Shown here piece after piece: positions 15,279 through 31,865 of a DNA stretch of 64,000 nt. The position numbers and the translations under genes were made by a program. Every line of letters begins with the position of its first letter. Position 1 is the stretch's first letter. Source of the stretch: the human T2T-CHM13v2.0 reference genome, Homo sapiens; the NCBI RefSeq assembly GCF_009914755.1, contig NC_060932.1, one strand, 5' to 3'. Under the pieces are notes generated by a model. It was given only the letters and a program-made list of their open reading frames with translations, ran no database searches and was not told the origin of the DNA.

Positions 15279-16369
15279 TACAGGATGCAAGAGGAATTCT
15301 CTCTGGCCAATCTTCTTATACGATGAAGGGGAGCATTCAAAAAGAAGGCAGGGATGCACTGAGTGGGGGAGAGTGGACAGATGAAAAGAACCTGGGCCTT
15401 TGATGATGTTGCTGAGCCAATGATTGACCTACATTGGCAGTGACCCACACCCAGCCTTCTTGTTATATGATATAATACATTCTCCTTGTGATTTGAACTA
15501 TTGTAAATGAGGTTTTCTGCTATTTTCAACCAAAATCATGCTAAATGATCCAAGGAGAGAGGTAAATTATCTATGATAGAAAAGAGAATATTTGTAAGTA
15601 AAAATAAAAGCAGCCCTGATGCAGAGTGAGCATTGAAAGGACCCTTCTGGGAGGCAAAGGAGAATACTAGTGGGAGCGTGGGGTGCCAGTGGGTACCACC
15701 TTTGCCTTTTCCACCAAGGCATCCTCTGAAAGGGTGGCTCCATGCTCCTCACCTCCCTCTGATAGACTTAGTTCCAAAAGATTCCACATTGGTGCTCTGT
15801 GGAGAACAAATAGAGAAAACTTACATTTTGAAATCAGCAGAAATTTTTAAGGCCAGAAAAGCAAACATAATATGCCGCAGTCACAAATGTTACTTGTATT
15901 TGCACAGTTGCTTTCAAACCAGCTTCAGGGATCTCAGGCCTCCACCCCATTTTGTGTTTAGCCCTTTGGCATATTGGGGTTACATGTGAACTTGTAAGAA
16001 CGAATTTTATAGATTAAAGAAAAAGAAGGATTGAAAAATCTTTGCATTATACCACGTAGTCTATTGTTTAACGAAATATTTCATTGCATGGTGACCTCTA
16101 CTGGCAGAATAAATGCATCACCAGGGCTGACAAAGACAATTTAGTCTGTTTAGTCAAGGAATTGGCTAATATGGAAAGACAATGCTAGCCAAATATGTTG
16201 CTTAGAATTGTTAAGGCCCAGTTGTACTCTCAATATGTTTATTTTCAAAAAGATTTTATAAAATATCTCAAACATATGAGATATAGAGGATAATATAATC
16301 AATACATACTTGCCACCTAAACTTAACAAGTCTTAACATTTTTTCTTCTTTATCCAGAGTTTTAAAATT

Positions 16370-17995
<1,626 letters not shown>

Positions 17996-18901
17996 ATCAT
18001 AATAGAGGTAGGTAAGATAAAGTTGTCAAAAGAGATCAGGTACAAAAATGTTTGAAAACCAGGACAATGGAGAAAACTAGCAGTAGCTGATATTATTGAG
18101 CACTTATAAGTGCTTTCTTTAAATCATTGAATCCTCACAGCAACTCTATGCAATATCTTCTATCATGACCTCCCTTTTACAAAGAAGGAAACCAAGGCAA
18201 AGAGGTTGCTAGCTTGTCTAAGGTCACATATCTGAGTAGCGGGACCTGCAGTCACTCCCTGCTCTGAATGCGATATGATATGTAGATGAAGCCCCGTGAA
18301 GAATTCTAAGCACCACAAGAAGCACCCCTATAAACCAATCACTTGCTGCTGCTGATGCACTTGAACTCCACAATGCCCCTTCCTCGTGGCTTTCTAAGAC
18401 CCCCAGCCAGGTTCACAACGGGGCTGAGAGTGGTCCTCTTGTCTCTTTTCAGAGATTTAACTGGCCAGAACTTGAGCATCCTCTTACATGCAAAACTTCA
18501 TTGTCCCTTGGCATCAGAAGCTATTAATAAGATTTGCTCCTGATTCCAACAACTGTGACCTGAGACAAGTTAAAAATATTTTTTCTGGATCGTGAACCTT
18601 CTCTAAAATAAGACAAAATATTATCCTTTTCCATCTGAAATAATCCTGTTGTGACGAAGAATAATTTATCATGCTGTGTGTGACATCCTAAGTCATTAAA
18701 TGGGAGGATCTGGCAGCCCTGCTTCATACACCCACGCACTTATCTACAAAAGTTGATATGCAAGAGAGCTTCTGGCTTTAAGTATTTAGCAGAAAGAGGA
18801 GATGGATCTCCAGCCGTAAGGAACAGAGACGAGGAACATGAACTCTGGCTAATGTCTACTCCCCTTGGGGAGGCCTTATTGGGAGAAAAGAGAATAATGT
18901 G

Positions 18902-19365
18902 TGTCAGGCCTCTGAGCCCAAGCTAAGCCATCATATCCCCTGTGACCTGCACGTATACATCCAGATGGCCTGTTCCTTGCCTTAACTGATGACATTCCAC
19001 CACAAAAGAAGCGAAAATGGCCGGTCCTTGCCTTAACTGATGACATTCCACCACAAAAGAAGTGAAAATGGCCAGTCCTTGCCTTAAGTGATGACATTAT
19101 CTTGTGAAGTTCCTTCTCCTGGCTCATCCTAGCTCAAAAGCTCCCCTACTGAGCACCTTGTGACCCCCACTCCTGCCCACCAGAGAACAACACCCCTTTG
19201 ACTGTAATTTTCCTTTACCTACCCAAATCTTATAAAACGGCCCTACCCTATCTGCCTTCGCTGACTCTCTTTTTGGACTCAGCCCGCCTGCACCCAGGTG
19301 ATTAAAAACCTTTATTGATCACACAAAGCCTGTTTGGTGGTCTCTTCACACAGACGTGAGTGAAA
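18902..19365 (+). mobile_element. Solo LTR7 (HERV-H LTR)
   Basis: Starts TGTCAGGCCTCTGAGCCCAAGCTAAGCC, ends CTCTTCACACAGACGTGAGTGAAA. Perfect 5-bp TSD ATGTG (18897-18901 and 19366-19370). TATAAAA at 19231, ATTAAA at 19301. Confidence 0.95.
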
Positions 19366-19482
19366 ATGTGGAATCTGAGTGTCTGGTTTCAAGTTGTGTG
19401 TCCCTAACTTGCTAACTAGCTTTCTCACTTTCCAACCTCAGGTGATTTAATAACCCTCTCTGTGCTGCAGGTTCATCCTTTA

Positions 19483-20758
<1,276 letters not shown>

Positions 20759-21009
20759 GTGTGGTTGATATGATCATTATCATTATCATCATTAGTATCT
20801 GTCTCAGAGGACTTGGTCTGCCCTCCTATTGGGAAAGGGGGCAAAGATAGAAACTGAAGGTTCTGTTTTTTGTGGATAAACAGCAAATCTGAGAGTACTA
20901 TTGAGTTCTTAATAGCTGATGTTTTCAAATCTATAAGGAATTTCATTGATAAAAATGTTTTCTACTCTTTGAGTATCAATTTTCTTCTAGCCATGTCTAA
21001 GAAAAATGT

Positions 21010-22770
<1,761 letters not shown>

Positions 22771-22870
22771 TATAATCTTTAGATATCATGGAATAAACTT
22801 AATAACTGTTAGCTGCATATATTTGCCTGGTAGTTTACAGCAGCATTTCTCAAATTGTGTTTGTTGCTAT

Positions 22871-23380
22871 TGAAGGAAATCAAAATATTTTACCCCAAAA
22901 TATATTTCTTTGACATATTTTGAAATGGCTGCCACCTGGCCAGCAAATAGAAGTGGCCTTGCAAAGCTGTCTTTTGTGGGGAAAATATGCATCTGTAGAG
23001 AATTTCCATTAATGCCGCCATGCCCCCTCCCCTTTCTATGCCTTTCTTGAATCCAGGAGAGGCTGAGTGTTTGACCGTTTTAAAAGTCTGAAAAGAAACA
23101 TTTACCATCTATTCTCTCCAAGGGAGGTTTCATTTACATAACAAGGCCACCTTTGCTAGCCAAGATTGTTACTTTCTCCCTCATCACCTGCTGATTTATC
23201 AACATAACCTGTTTCTGGCCACCCTCTGAGTCTGTATTCTTTACTGTGGCTCAGGATGTTGGGTCTTCATTCTTAAGGCTCCCATGTACACACATTAAAT
23301 AAATTTGTATGCCTTTTCTTCTGTTAATCAGTCTGCCTTACATTAGTGATTTTTCAGTGAAGCTTTCAGTGGTCAAGAAC
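22871..23380 (+). mobile_element. MER34/MER39-like ERV1 LTR
   Basis: Starts TGAAGGAAATCAAAATATTTTACCCCAAAATATATTTCTTTGACATATTTTG; has ATTAAATAAATTTGTATGCCTTTTC poly(A) region. Confidence 0.72.
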
Positions 23381-24125
23381 CTATGGTTCCCGGAGTACGA
23401 TAATTATATAGGATGTTCTGCAAAAAAAGGAGTGCAGTGATCAATTATGGGACATGTTTCACTCAGAAATTCATGATCCACATTAGTGTATTTAAAGCTC
23501 TGAGAAGTCCATAGAAAAGAAAACTTCTACCTTTTAAAAACAGGAATCCCCCAAATTGTTTTTTCTTAAAAATCAGATTGAGGATAACCTACAAGCAGGA
23601 AAATCCAACCATTTTAGGGGTACAATTCTGAGTTTTTACACAATCACATAACCACCCCTGCAATCCCAATTGTTTTTAAGTCACAAATCATGCCATCTAT
23701 CAATGGCTCTAGTTCCACTTTAAAAATGACTGTTGCCAGTTTACAGAGCACTTTCGGATGTATTTTTCCATTTAACTCTGATGTCAATCCTCTGAGTTTG
23801 GAACCATTATTTCCAATGAGACAGATAAAGAAAGAGGCATAGAGAGGTAAAGAATCATCCCCACAATCACACAAAGCTACTCAGTGAAAGAGGTAGATTA
23901 AATGCAAACATTCAGATGAGTTAGATTTTCACTTGGTATAGTGGAAAGATAACACTGGATAAGACTATCAACAACCACAACTATTCATTGAGTCCTTCAA
24001 CCACCAAACACCTCTTTAAAGTAGGTGTTGTTATTCTTACCTTACAAATAAGAACATAGGAGTAAAGTGTCTAATCGATTTGCTCAAGGGTAAAGAGAAA
24101 TTGGTGGAGAAAGAATTCAAACCTA

Positions 24126-24590
24126 GGCTGGGCACGGTGGCTCATGCCTGTAATCCTAGCACTTTGGGAGGCTGAGGCAGGAGGATCACTTGAGGTCAGG
24201 AGTTCGAGACCAGCATGGTCAACACGGTGAAACCCTGTCTCTACTAAAAATACAAAAATTAGCCCGGCGTGGTGGGGGCCCCTATAATCCCAGCTACTTG
24301 GGAGGCCAAGGCAGAAGAATCAGTTGAACCGGGAGGTGGAGTTTGCAGTGAGCCAAGATGGTGCCACTGCACTCCAATCTGGGCAACAGAACAAGACTAA
24401 TCAAGAAAGAAAAGAAAACAAAAGAAAAAAAGAGAAGAGAAAAGAAGAAAGAGAGAGGGAGGGAGAGAGGGAGGGAGACGGGGAAGGAAAGGAGGGAGGG
24501 AGGGAGGAAGGAGGGAAAGAAAGAGAGAAAGAAAGAAAGAAAAGAAAAAAGAAAGAAAGAGAAAGCGAGAAAGAAAGAAAGAAAAATTCA
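24126..24590 (+). mobile_element. Alu with expanded purine-rich (GAAA/GGAG) tail
   Basis: Alu body to about 24398, then a ~185-bp almost pure purine tract; AATTCA(A/T)A(C/T)CTAG occurs on both flanks. Confidence 0.9.
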
Positions 24591-24637
24591 TATCTAGAAC
24601 TCTGACTCCAGAGCCTGAAATCCTAACTGCATGGGAT

Positions 24638-24895
24638 TGTGCTGTCCAGTATGATAGCTACCAGTCATACTTGGCTATTTGAGCACCTGAAATGTGGCTA
24701 CTCCAAACTGAGATGTGTGTAAGTGTAAGATACACACAGGATTTTGAAAACTGTTTTTTTAAGTAAAATATCCAAGTTTTAAAATTACATGTTGAAATAA
24801 TAGTTGGAATATATTTATAAGATTAAAATTAACTTCACCTGTTTCTTTCTATGCTTTTTAATGTGGCTCCTAGAAAATTAAAAATTACATATATG
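24638..24895. mobile_element. MER3/MER33-like hAT fossil
   Basis: GTGCTGTCCAGTATGATAGCTACCAGTCATACTTGGCTATTTGAGCAC...AATGTGGCT. Confidence 0.7.
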
Positions 24896-25193
24896 TGGTT
24901 CGTATGCTGCTTCAAAAAGTAGAGGCTGTTCATGGTTTTCTTTCTTAGGGCTGTCAAGGTCAAGGCGCTTCCTGTTATTTCTCTATTCAAGGGTAGAAAA
25001 CATCACCAGGGTACGTTGTTTTATTGGGCATTGGTTTATTTCTAGGGGGTGGAAACGGGATTCTTCCCCTAGGTCCCCAGCTGTTTGTAGTCATATTCTT
25101 TTACTCACACACAATTTTATTGCTTTTGCTTTTGGGAGATGTGTTTTATTAAAAATAGTGGCTAATCAGGGACTTGTTAACGGCATACACTAG

Positions 25194-25586
<393 letters not shown>

Positions 25587-26244
25587 TAACTGCATTTTCT
25601 TGCAGAGTGAGCCCGCACCATCACAGTGCCTGTATTCTGTATTCTGTCAGACCCAGGCTACACACGGATCCTGTAATGCATAAAACAACTTAAAAAAGTC
25701 TCAAGAGGCTACAAAGATCTTTTAAATACGTTAAAAGCTCTAAACGATTAGAACTGCCTAAGATAATGTTTCTCTTCCTGAAACCTGCTTTGCTTTAAAC
25801 TCAAAACATTCCTTCAGTCCTTGAGCATTACCTTATTGATTCTGAAAAGGGAGGAAGTCTTCATGAGTAGGAGTGTGCTTCTTTATCATTATTATATACT
25901 ATGTCCACTACCTCGAAATGGAGTGGTTCATTTTATTTGTATGGTTTGGTAGCTAGCGACCCTGGTTCTATACTGGAATCGCCTAGAGATACTTTGAAAA
26001 ACACATATGCTTGAGCCTTGCCCTTAGAAATTCTGATTTAGTGAATACAAAGTATAACTCAGCCAACTGAGAACATACGACGTGCGGTCGGGGTTGAGAA
26101 CTATTTATGAGGATAGCGAAACTAGTGTTTTAGGCCCTGTAAAATTTACTTTAAAAAAAAATCAGTTCATACCCAGGTACTTCCCCTCCGCATCTCTGTT
26201 CAAACCTTTTTAATGAAATCCCACTGGCTTAGACACTCTCCCTA

Positions 26245-26966
26245 TGAAACCGCCTTTGCAAAAATCATAACTGAGAAATTACAGTGAAAGAGGTCTGACC
26301 TAACCGATACTACCTTTCTTCTAACATTCAAGCTGTCCATTCCTAGGTGTAGGCCAAACTAACTTTGGGAGGAACTTAGTTTATAGTTTAGCTTGGAAAC
26401 AAAGAATATAACGGTGCTTTCCCCCAAACAAACCCCCTTCCTGCCTGGGGACTAGACTGCCTTTGCAGGACTAACAAATTAGCTACAAGATTAGAAGTTA
26501 TGGTTTAGCAGTCATGAAACTGGAGGCTGCAAGATTGTAAACCTCCCCAAATGGCTCCTGGGAATAAAATCACTATTGTAAAACCTAAGATCAGTGCTTG
26601 AGATATTTTGCAGACCCTGCACTCAATGCATCAGCTGGCACCACCCAGATCAATAAACAGGCTCATCTAGTCTTGTGGCCTCCACCCAGAAAGTGACTCA
26701 GTGCAAGAGGACAGTTTTGACTCCTTACGATTTCATCTCTGACCCGACCAATTATCACTCCTGACTCAGTGGTCCCCTACCCACCAAATTATCCTTAAAA
26801 ACACCAATCCTCGAGTTTTCGGGGAGATTGATTTGAGTAATAATAAAACTCTGGTCTCCCACACAGCCGGGTCTGCATGAATTACTCTTTCTCTATTGCG
26901 ATTCCCCTGTCTTGATAAATCAGCCTGTCTAGGCAGTGAGCAAGGTGAACCCGTTGGGTGGTTGCA
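26245..26966 (+). mobile_element. Solo LTR8-family (LTR8A-like, ERV1) LTR
   Basis: Starts TGAAACCGCCTTTGCAAAAATCATAACTGAG; AATAAA near 26842; ends GAACCCGTTGGGTGGTTGCA. Confidence 0.85.
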
Positions 26967-27472
26967 TCCCCACCAAACTCCTATTAAGGTTACTGTTAGC
27001 ATCACTCATTAGTCTGATGTTTATGTACAATGTGTGTGTGTGTTGCTTGTCTTACCAACTGGTCTATAATTCTTTATGGAGAGGAGTAGTATCTTTATAT
27101 TTACCATGCACCATCCTAGCGCAGTACATTTCACATAATAGGTACTCAATAAAGGATGTTTCAAAAGTACATATGTAGTTTGGATATTCACGAGACATTT
27201 ATAAATGCAAAAATAAAGCAATGTATATAATTCATAATGAGACCATTAGCTTATATTAGCAATGGGATAGACTAAAATATGGGTTAAAACACAATTATTT
27301 AATATGGTAGACATAAGAATTTAGGAAACTTATAGATTTCAAAGTGTTGTTTAGGAAATAGTCCAAATCAAAAACAGTCTTGGGAAATGCAACAGCATGG
27401 GGAATGTCATCTAGGCTTTATGGGAATCTTTCCACAGTATCTCTGACTACTGGCATCCAGAATCATAGATGT

Positions 27473-27505
27473 ATACTTACCTGGCAGGGGAGATACCATG
27501 ATCAC
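27473..27505 (+). pseudogene. 3'-truncated U1 snRNA retrocopy (first 33 nt)
   Basis: ATACTTACCTGGCAGGGGAGATACCATGATCAC is the 5' end of U1 snRNA; flanked by degenerate direct repeats. Confidence 0.9.
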
Positions 27506-28270
27506 AGGATCATTAATGATTCCAGTGGTGAGAAATCAGTACCTGGCAGTAGAAATCGGCACTTTATTGTGGGAAAGCCTGAATGGTTAGGAACCATGTG
27601 GGATATGAAGTCAAATCTGCCACCCCAAACCTTCAAACTTTGGTTTCAGGTTGTGCTCTTAGGATCATCACAAAACAGATTGAATCTCTCCCCTCATAAC
27701 AGTCCCATTAAATGAGGTAAAGTCAACTATACTTGCGAGTCTTACTCCATGAACTCATGCAAGAAACATAATTTTACTCAAGGGATGATTTTTAAATCAC
27801 CAAAATCACACAGGATTCTCTTTCCTAACCCACTCCAGCACAAAGGCACTACCTCCCAATACCATCCCATTGGGGGTTAGGGCTTCGGCATGTAAATCTG
27901 GGGAGAAAACAAATATGCAGTCCATAATACTAGGTTCATAATGTGCTGTAACCCTTATTCCCTTAGCCTCTATCCCCATTCCACTGTATTATTTCAAAAC
28001 AGACCTTACTTCCCATGGGACAATTAGAGCCTGAAGAAGAGATCTCTTCTGATGCATCATCATTTTTCCTGGCAGCACAAATATTCTGCTCTTCCTGCTA
28101 ATACTAATTGAGCACTTACTATTTCCCTGGCTTTTTTTTTTTTTTTTTTCGGTAGAGATGAGATCTCACTATGTTGCCCAGGCTGGCCTCAAACTCCTGG
28201 GCTCCAGTAATCCTCCCACCTTGGCATCCCAAAGTGCTGGGATTACAAAGTGAGCCACTGTGCCTGGTGA

Positions 28271-28586
<316 letters not shown>

Positions 28587-29257
28587 TAAACTCTTTACAT
28601 TTACCAAGCCCTTTAATCGTGCAGGTATTATTATTATTCACATTATACGGACAAGAAAACTGACACGTAATTTACCCAAGGTCACACAGCTAGTGAGTAA
28701 CTGGTAGGGAATATTCCAACCTAAGCATTCTTAATACTAGAATACAGTGCCTTAGTTACTCAACACTTAAACTGTACCACCTTAAAGACAATAACAAGAA
28801 GTGTGTGAAAATGTGGAAAGGCTTTGATGATGCTGGATGCGTTATAAACAGAAAGGCTTTTAAAATAAACTTTTTATTCAATTATGACACACATACTGAA
28901 AAGTGCATAAACGATGTTCAGTGAATTTTCATAAAGTGAACCCACATCAAGGAACAGAAAACGGAGCCAGGCGTTGTGGCTCAGGCCTGTAAACCCAGCA
29001 CTTTGGCAGGAGGATAACTTGAAGCCAGGAGTTGGAGACCAGCCTGAGCAACAGAGCGAAATCCTGTCTCAAAGGAAAAAAAAAAAACAAACAAAAAACA
29101 AAAACAATAACCAGACCACCCATCCCCATTTAGAATTTCTTTTTGTGCTAAGTTTCAAAATTCAAAATAAGCATTCACTTGTTTTCTACAAACTGCATTC
29201 TATAGTCGATCTCAAACCTTGATTGAGATACATTTCCATTATAGTATACTCTTTCTA

Positions 29258-29425
29258 GAGCACTGATCTCAAAATGTGGTGCCCAGCCAAGTAGCGTTGG
29301 ACTTTCAAATTCAAGGATCCCAAGCTAGACCAGCAGAACAGGAATTCTGGGAGTGGAGCCCGGCAATTTGTGTTTTAGCAAGCCCCCAGGCTGATTCTGA
29401 TGCATCTTAAGGTTGGAGAAGCATG
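29258..29425. mobile_element. MER5A-like fossil just upstream of the promoter
   Basis: CTCAAAATGTGGT...GGAATTCTGGGAGTGGAGCCCGGCAATTTGTGTTTTAGCAAGCCCCCAGGCTGATTCTGATGCA. Confidence 0.7.
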
Positions 29426-29742
29426 GATATTGTCAGTTGTAATAGTTGTTGTTCGTGATCACGTAGTAACTGTTAGATGAAAACTAGGGTTTAAAAGTGT
29501 TACGCTTGTCTAATAGTGACAAGTTCTCATTACCCATCTCTTTCTGAAATAGGCTGCAGGCAAATGCGTTTTCATTTTAAATAACCGTGTTGTTGTTCCA
29601 GTCAAGGTTGCATTTTACAAGGAATAAGGAAGATAAAGCTGCCTCCTCCTATCCTAATCTCGCTCCTCGCTCAGTATGGAGTCGTCCGGTTTACCTACAA
29701 AGCCCTGCCCTAGACTGGCGGCAAATTCAACGCCCAGAGGCA

Positions 29743-29796
29743 GGAACAGGTGTCGGCCAATCAGAAGCCGGAACAGGTGTCGGCCAATCAGAAGCC
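29743..29796. repeat. Perfect 27-bp tandem duplication in the TERF1 promoter
   Basis: GGAACAGGTGTCGGCCAATCAGAAGCC at 29743-29769 and 29770-29796. Confidence 0.95.
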
Positions 29797-29923
29797 AGGC
29801 TTGAACCGCTCGCCCATGTCCCGCCGGCGGAAGAGACTCTCCGCGGCCACGCCCCGAGCCCTCGAATGCGAGCCAATCGTTGCTCGGCGCCTGAAGGGGC
29901 AGTACCCAAGCGAGCCATTTAAC

Positions 29924-30242
29924 ATGGCGGAGGATGTTTCCTCAGCGGCCCCGAGCCCGCGGGGCTGTGCGGATGGTAGGGATGCCGACCCTACTGAGGA
30001 GCAGATGGCAGAAACAGAGAGAAACGACGAGGAGCAGTTCGAATGCCAGGAACTGCTCGAGTGCCAGGTGCAGGTGGGGGCCCCCGAGGAGGAGGAGGAG
30101 GAGGAGGAGGACGCGGGCCTGGTGGCCGAGGCCGAGGCCGTGGCTGCCGGCTGGATGCTCGATTTCCTCTGCCTCTCTCTTTGCCGAGCTTTCCGCGACG
30201 GCCGCTCCGAGGACTTCCGCAGGACCCGCAACAGCGCAGAGG
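29924..30242 (+). CDS. TERF1: TERF1 coding exon 1 (acidic N-terminus, tankyrase-binding RGCADG, poly-Glu, start of TRFH domain)
   Basis: ATG at 29924 (aacATGG). Translates MAEDVSSAAPSPRGCADGRDADPTEEQ...FRRTRNSAE, matching human TRF1 as recalled. Donor G|GTGAGT at 30242/30243; 319 nt, phase 1. Confidence 0.98.
30086..30109 (+). repeat. (GAG)8 coding trinucleotide repeat (poly-Glu)
   Basis: Eight uninterrupted GAG codons in exon 1. Confidence 0.95.
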
Positions 30243-30661
30243 GTGAGTGCAGACCGCGTCCGGGCCGGGACTACGCGGGGGGCGGATGCGGGCTCCGTGG
30301 TGCGCGGCAGAGGGCTGGTTCCCTACGTCGCCGAGGGAGGTCGGGAGAGAGGGGCTGCTGCGGCCGATTAGCTGGGAGTCCGAGGCTCCGGGCTGAACTT
30401 TGTTCGAATCCCGGTTCGCCCGTTGTCAGCACCTGAGTTTTTCTCAGATTGATTTCCTCTTCGATAAAATGAAAATAAGACCCTGTTTAGGTTTGATGCA
30501 AGCATTAAATGAGTTAAAATGTATACAGTTCCACTCAACCCAGTACCTTTGTCTCTTTTGGCGCTTTCTACTCAGGTATTCCTGTAGTAATATTCAGCAG
30601 TCCCTGTGGCCTCCAGTAACCCCCGAGGCATCAGTGTTTTATGTTAATTTGTGAGCTATTA

Positions 30662-31109
<448 letters not shown>

Positions 31110-31865
31110 TAGTGTAGCTTTTTGAAAAACAACAGAAAGATGTTCTGGTACTTCATTCATAGTTGGCGCTAAAATTACTGTGCAAGTATATATTTATAAT
31201 ACTATAATTATGCTATTTAATAGAATTCTTAGACATTTTGACACATTTCATCTTCACCATAATCCTGTGAGTTAGGCAAATAATCTTAGTTTTAAGGTAC
31301 TGATAGGTTAAAAGGGAGTGTTTCAGCCCCATCCTTTATCTTCCAGTTCAAGGATCTTTCCTCTGTATTGCGGTTAACACTGGAGCCAGGGATAATTAAC
31401 ATTAAGTAGAAAATTAAATCCTGGAATGAAGCTAGTTCCTCAGAATTCTCTTAGAGTTCTCTTAGAGTTGGAGACATCAGTATGAACTGTTTAGCTCATG
31501 TAGGTATAGATGACTTAGAAATATTTGCATATGCATGTGTAGACATAGGTTACTATACAAATATGTATTTCCTTACTCTGTCAGATAAAAGGGCACAGAA
31601 GCAACCTAACTCTAGTAACAATGAGTACACCTAGCACCCCGATCTTGTTTACAACTAAGTTTAGTTTAAAGACCTCACTTGGCTTTATTGTGATTCTGGA
31701 TTCAGGTAATACTTTATTCCATAAAATAAGTGCTCAATGAATTGAGCAGTTGGGGGTTGGCTTTATAGACAGTAAGGACTTAAGGAAGCTGAAACAGAAC
31801 AAAAAGAAGATTGGTTATTTCACAGTTACTTGTAAGGCTGGGACAGGGAGACAGAACAATAGATA

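Larger units (their letters stand above)
29660..30430 (+). promoter_or_regulatory. TERF1: TERF1 CpG-island promoter, no obvious TATA box, with CCAAT, ETS and YY1-like motifs
   Basis: CpG-dense against an AT-rich background. CCAAT at 29757, 29784 and 29873; GGCGGAAG near 29826; AACATGGCGG (YY1-like) overlapping the start codon. Confidence 0.88.

Noticed and set aside
18876-19127. ORF with repeated peptide MSSVKARTGHF
   Set aside because: It is the antisense reading of the LTR7 U3 tandem repeat.
29750-30436. 228-aa ORF as a single-exon protein
   Set aside because: It is TERF1 exon 1 plus promoter and intron read-through. The start at 29750 is GTG and the real exon ends at the donor at 30242.
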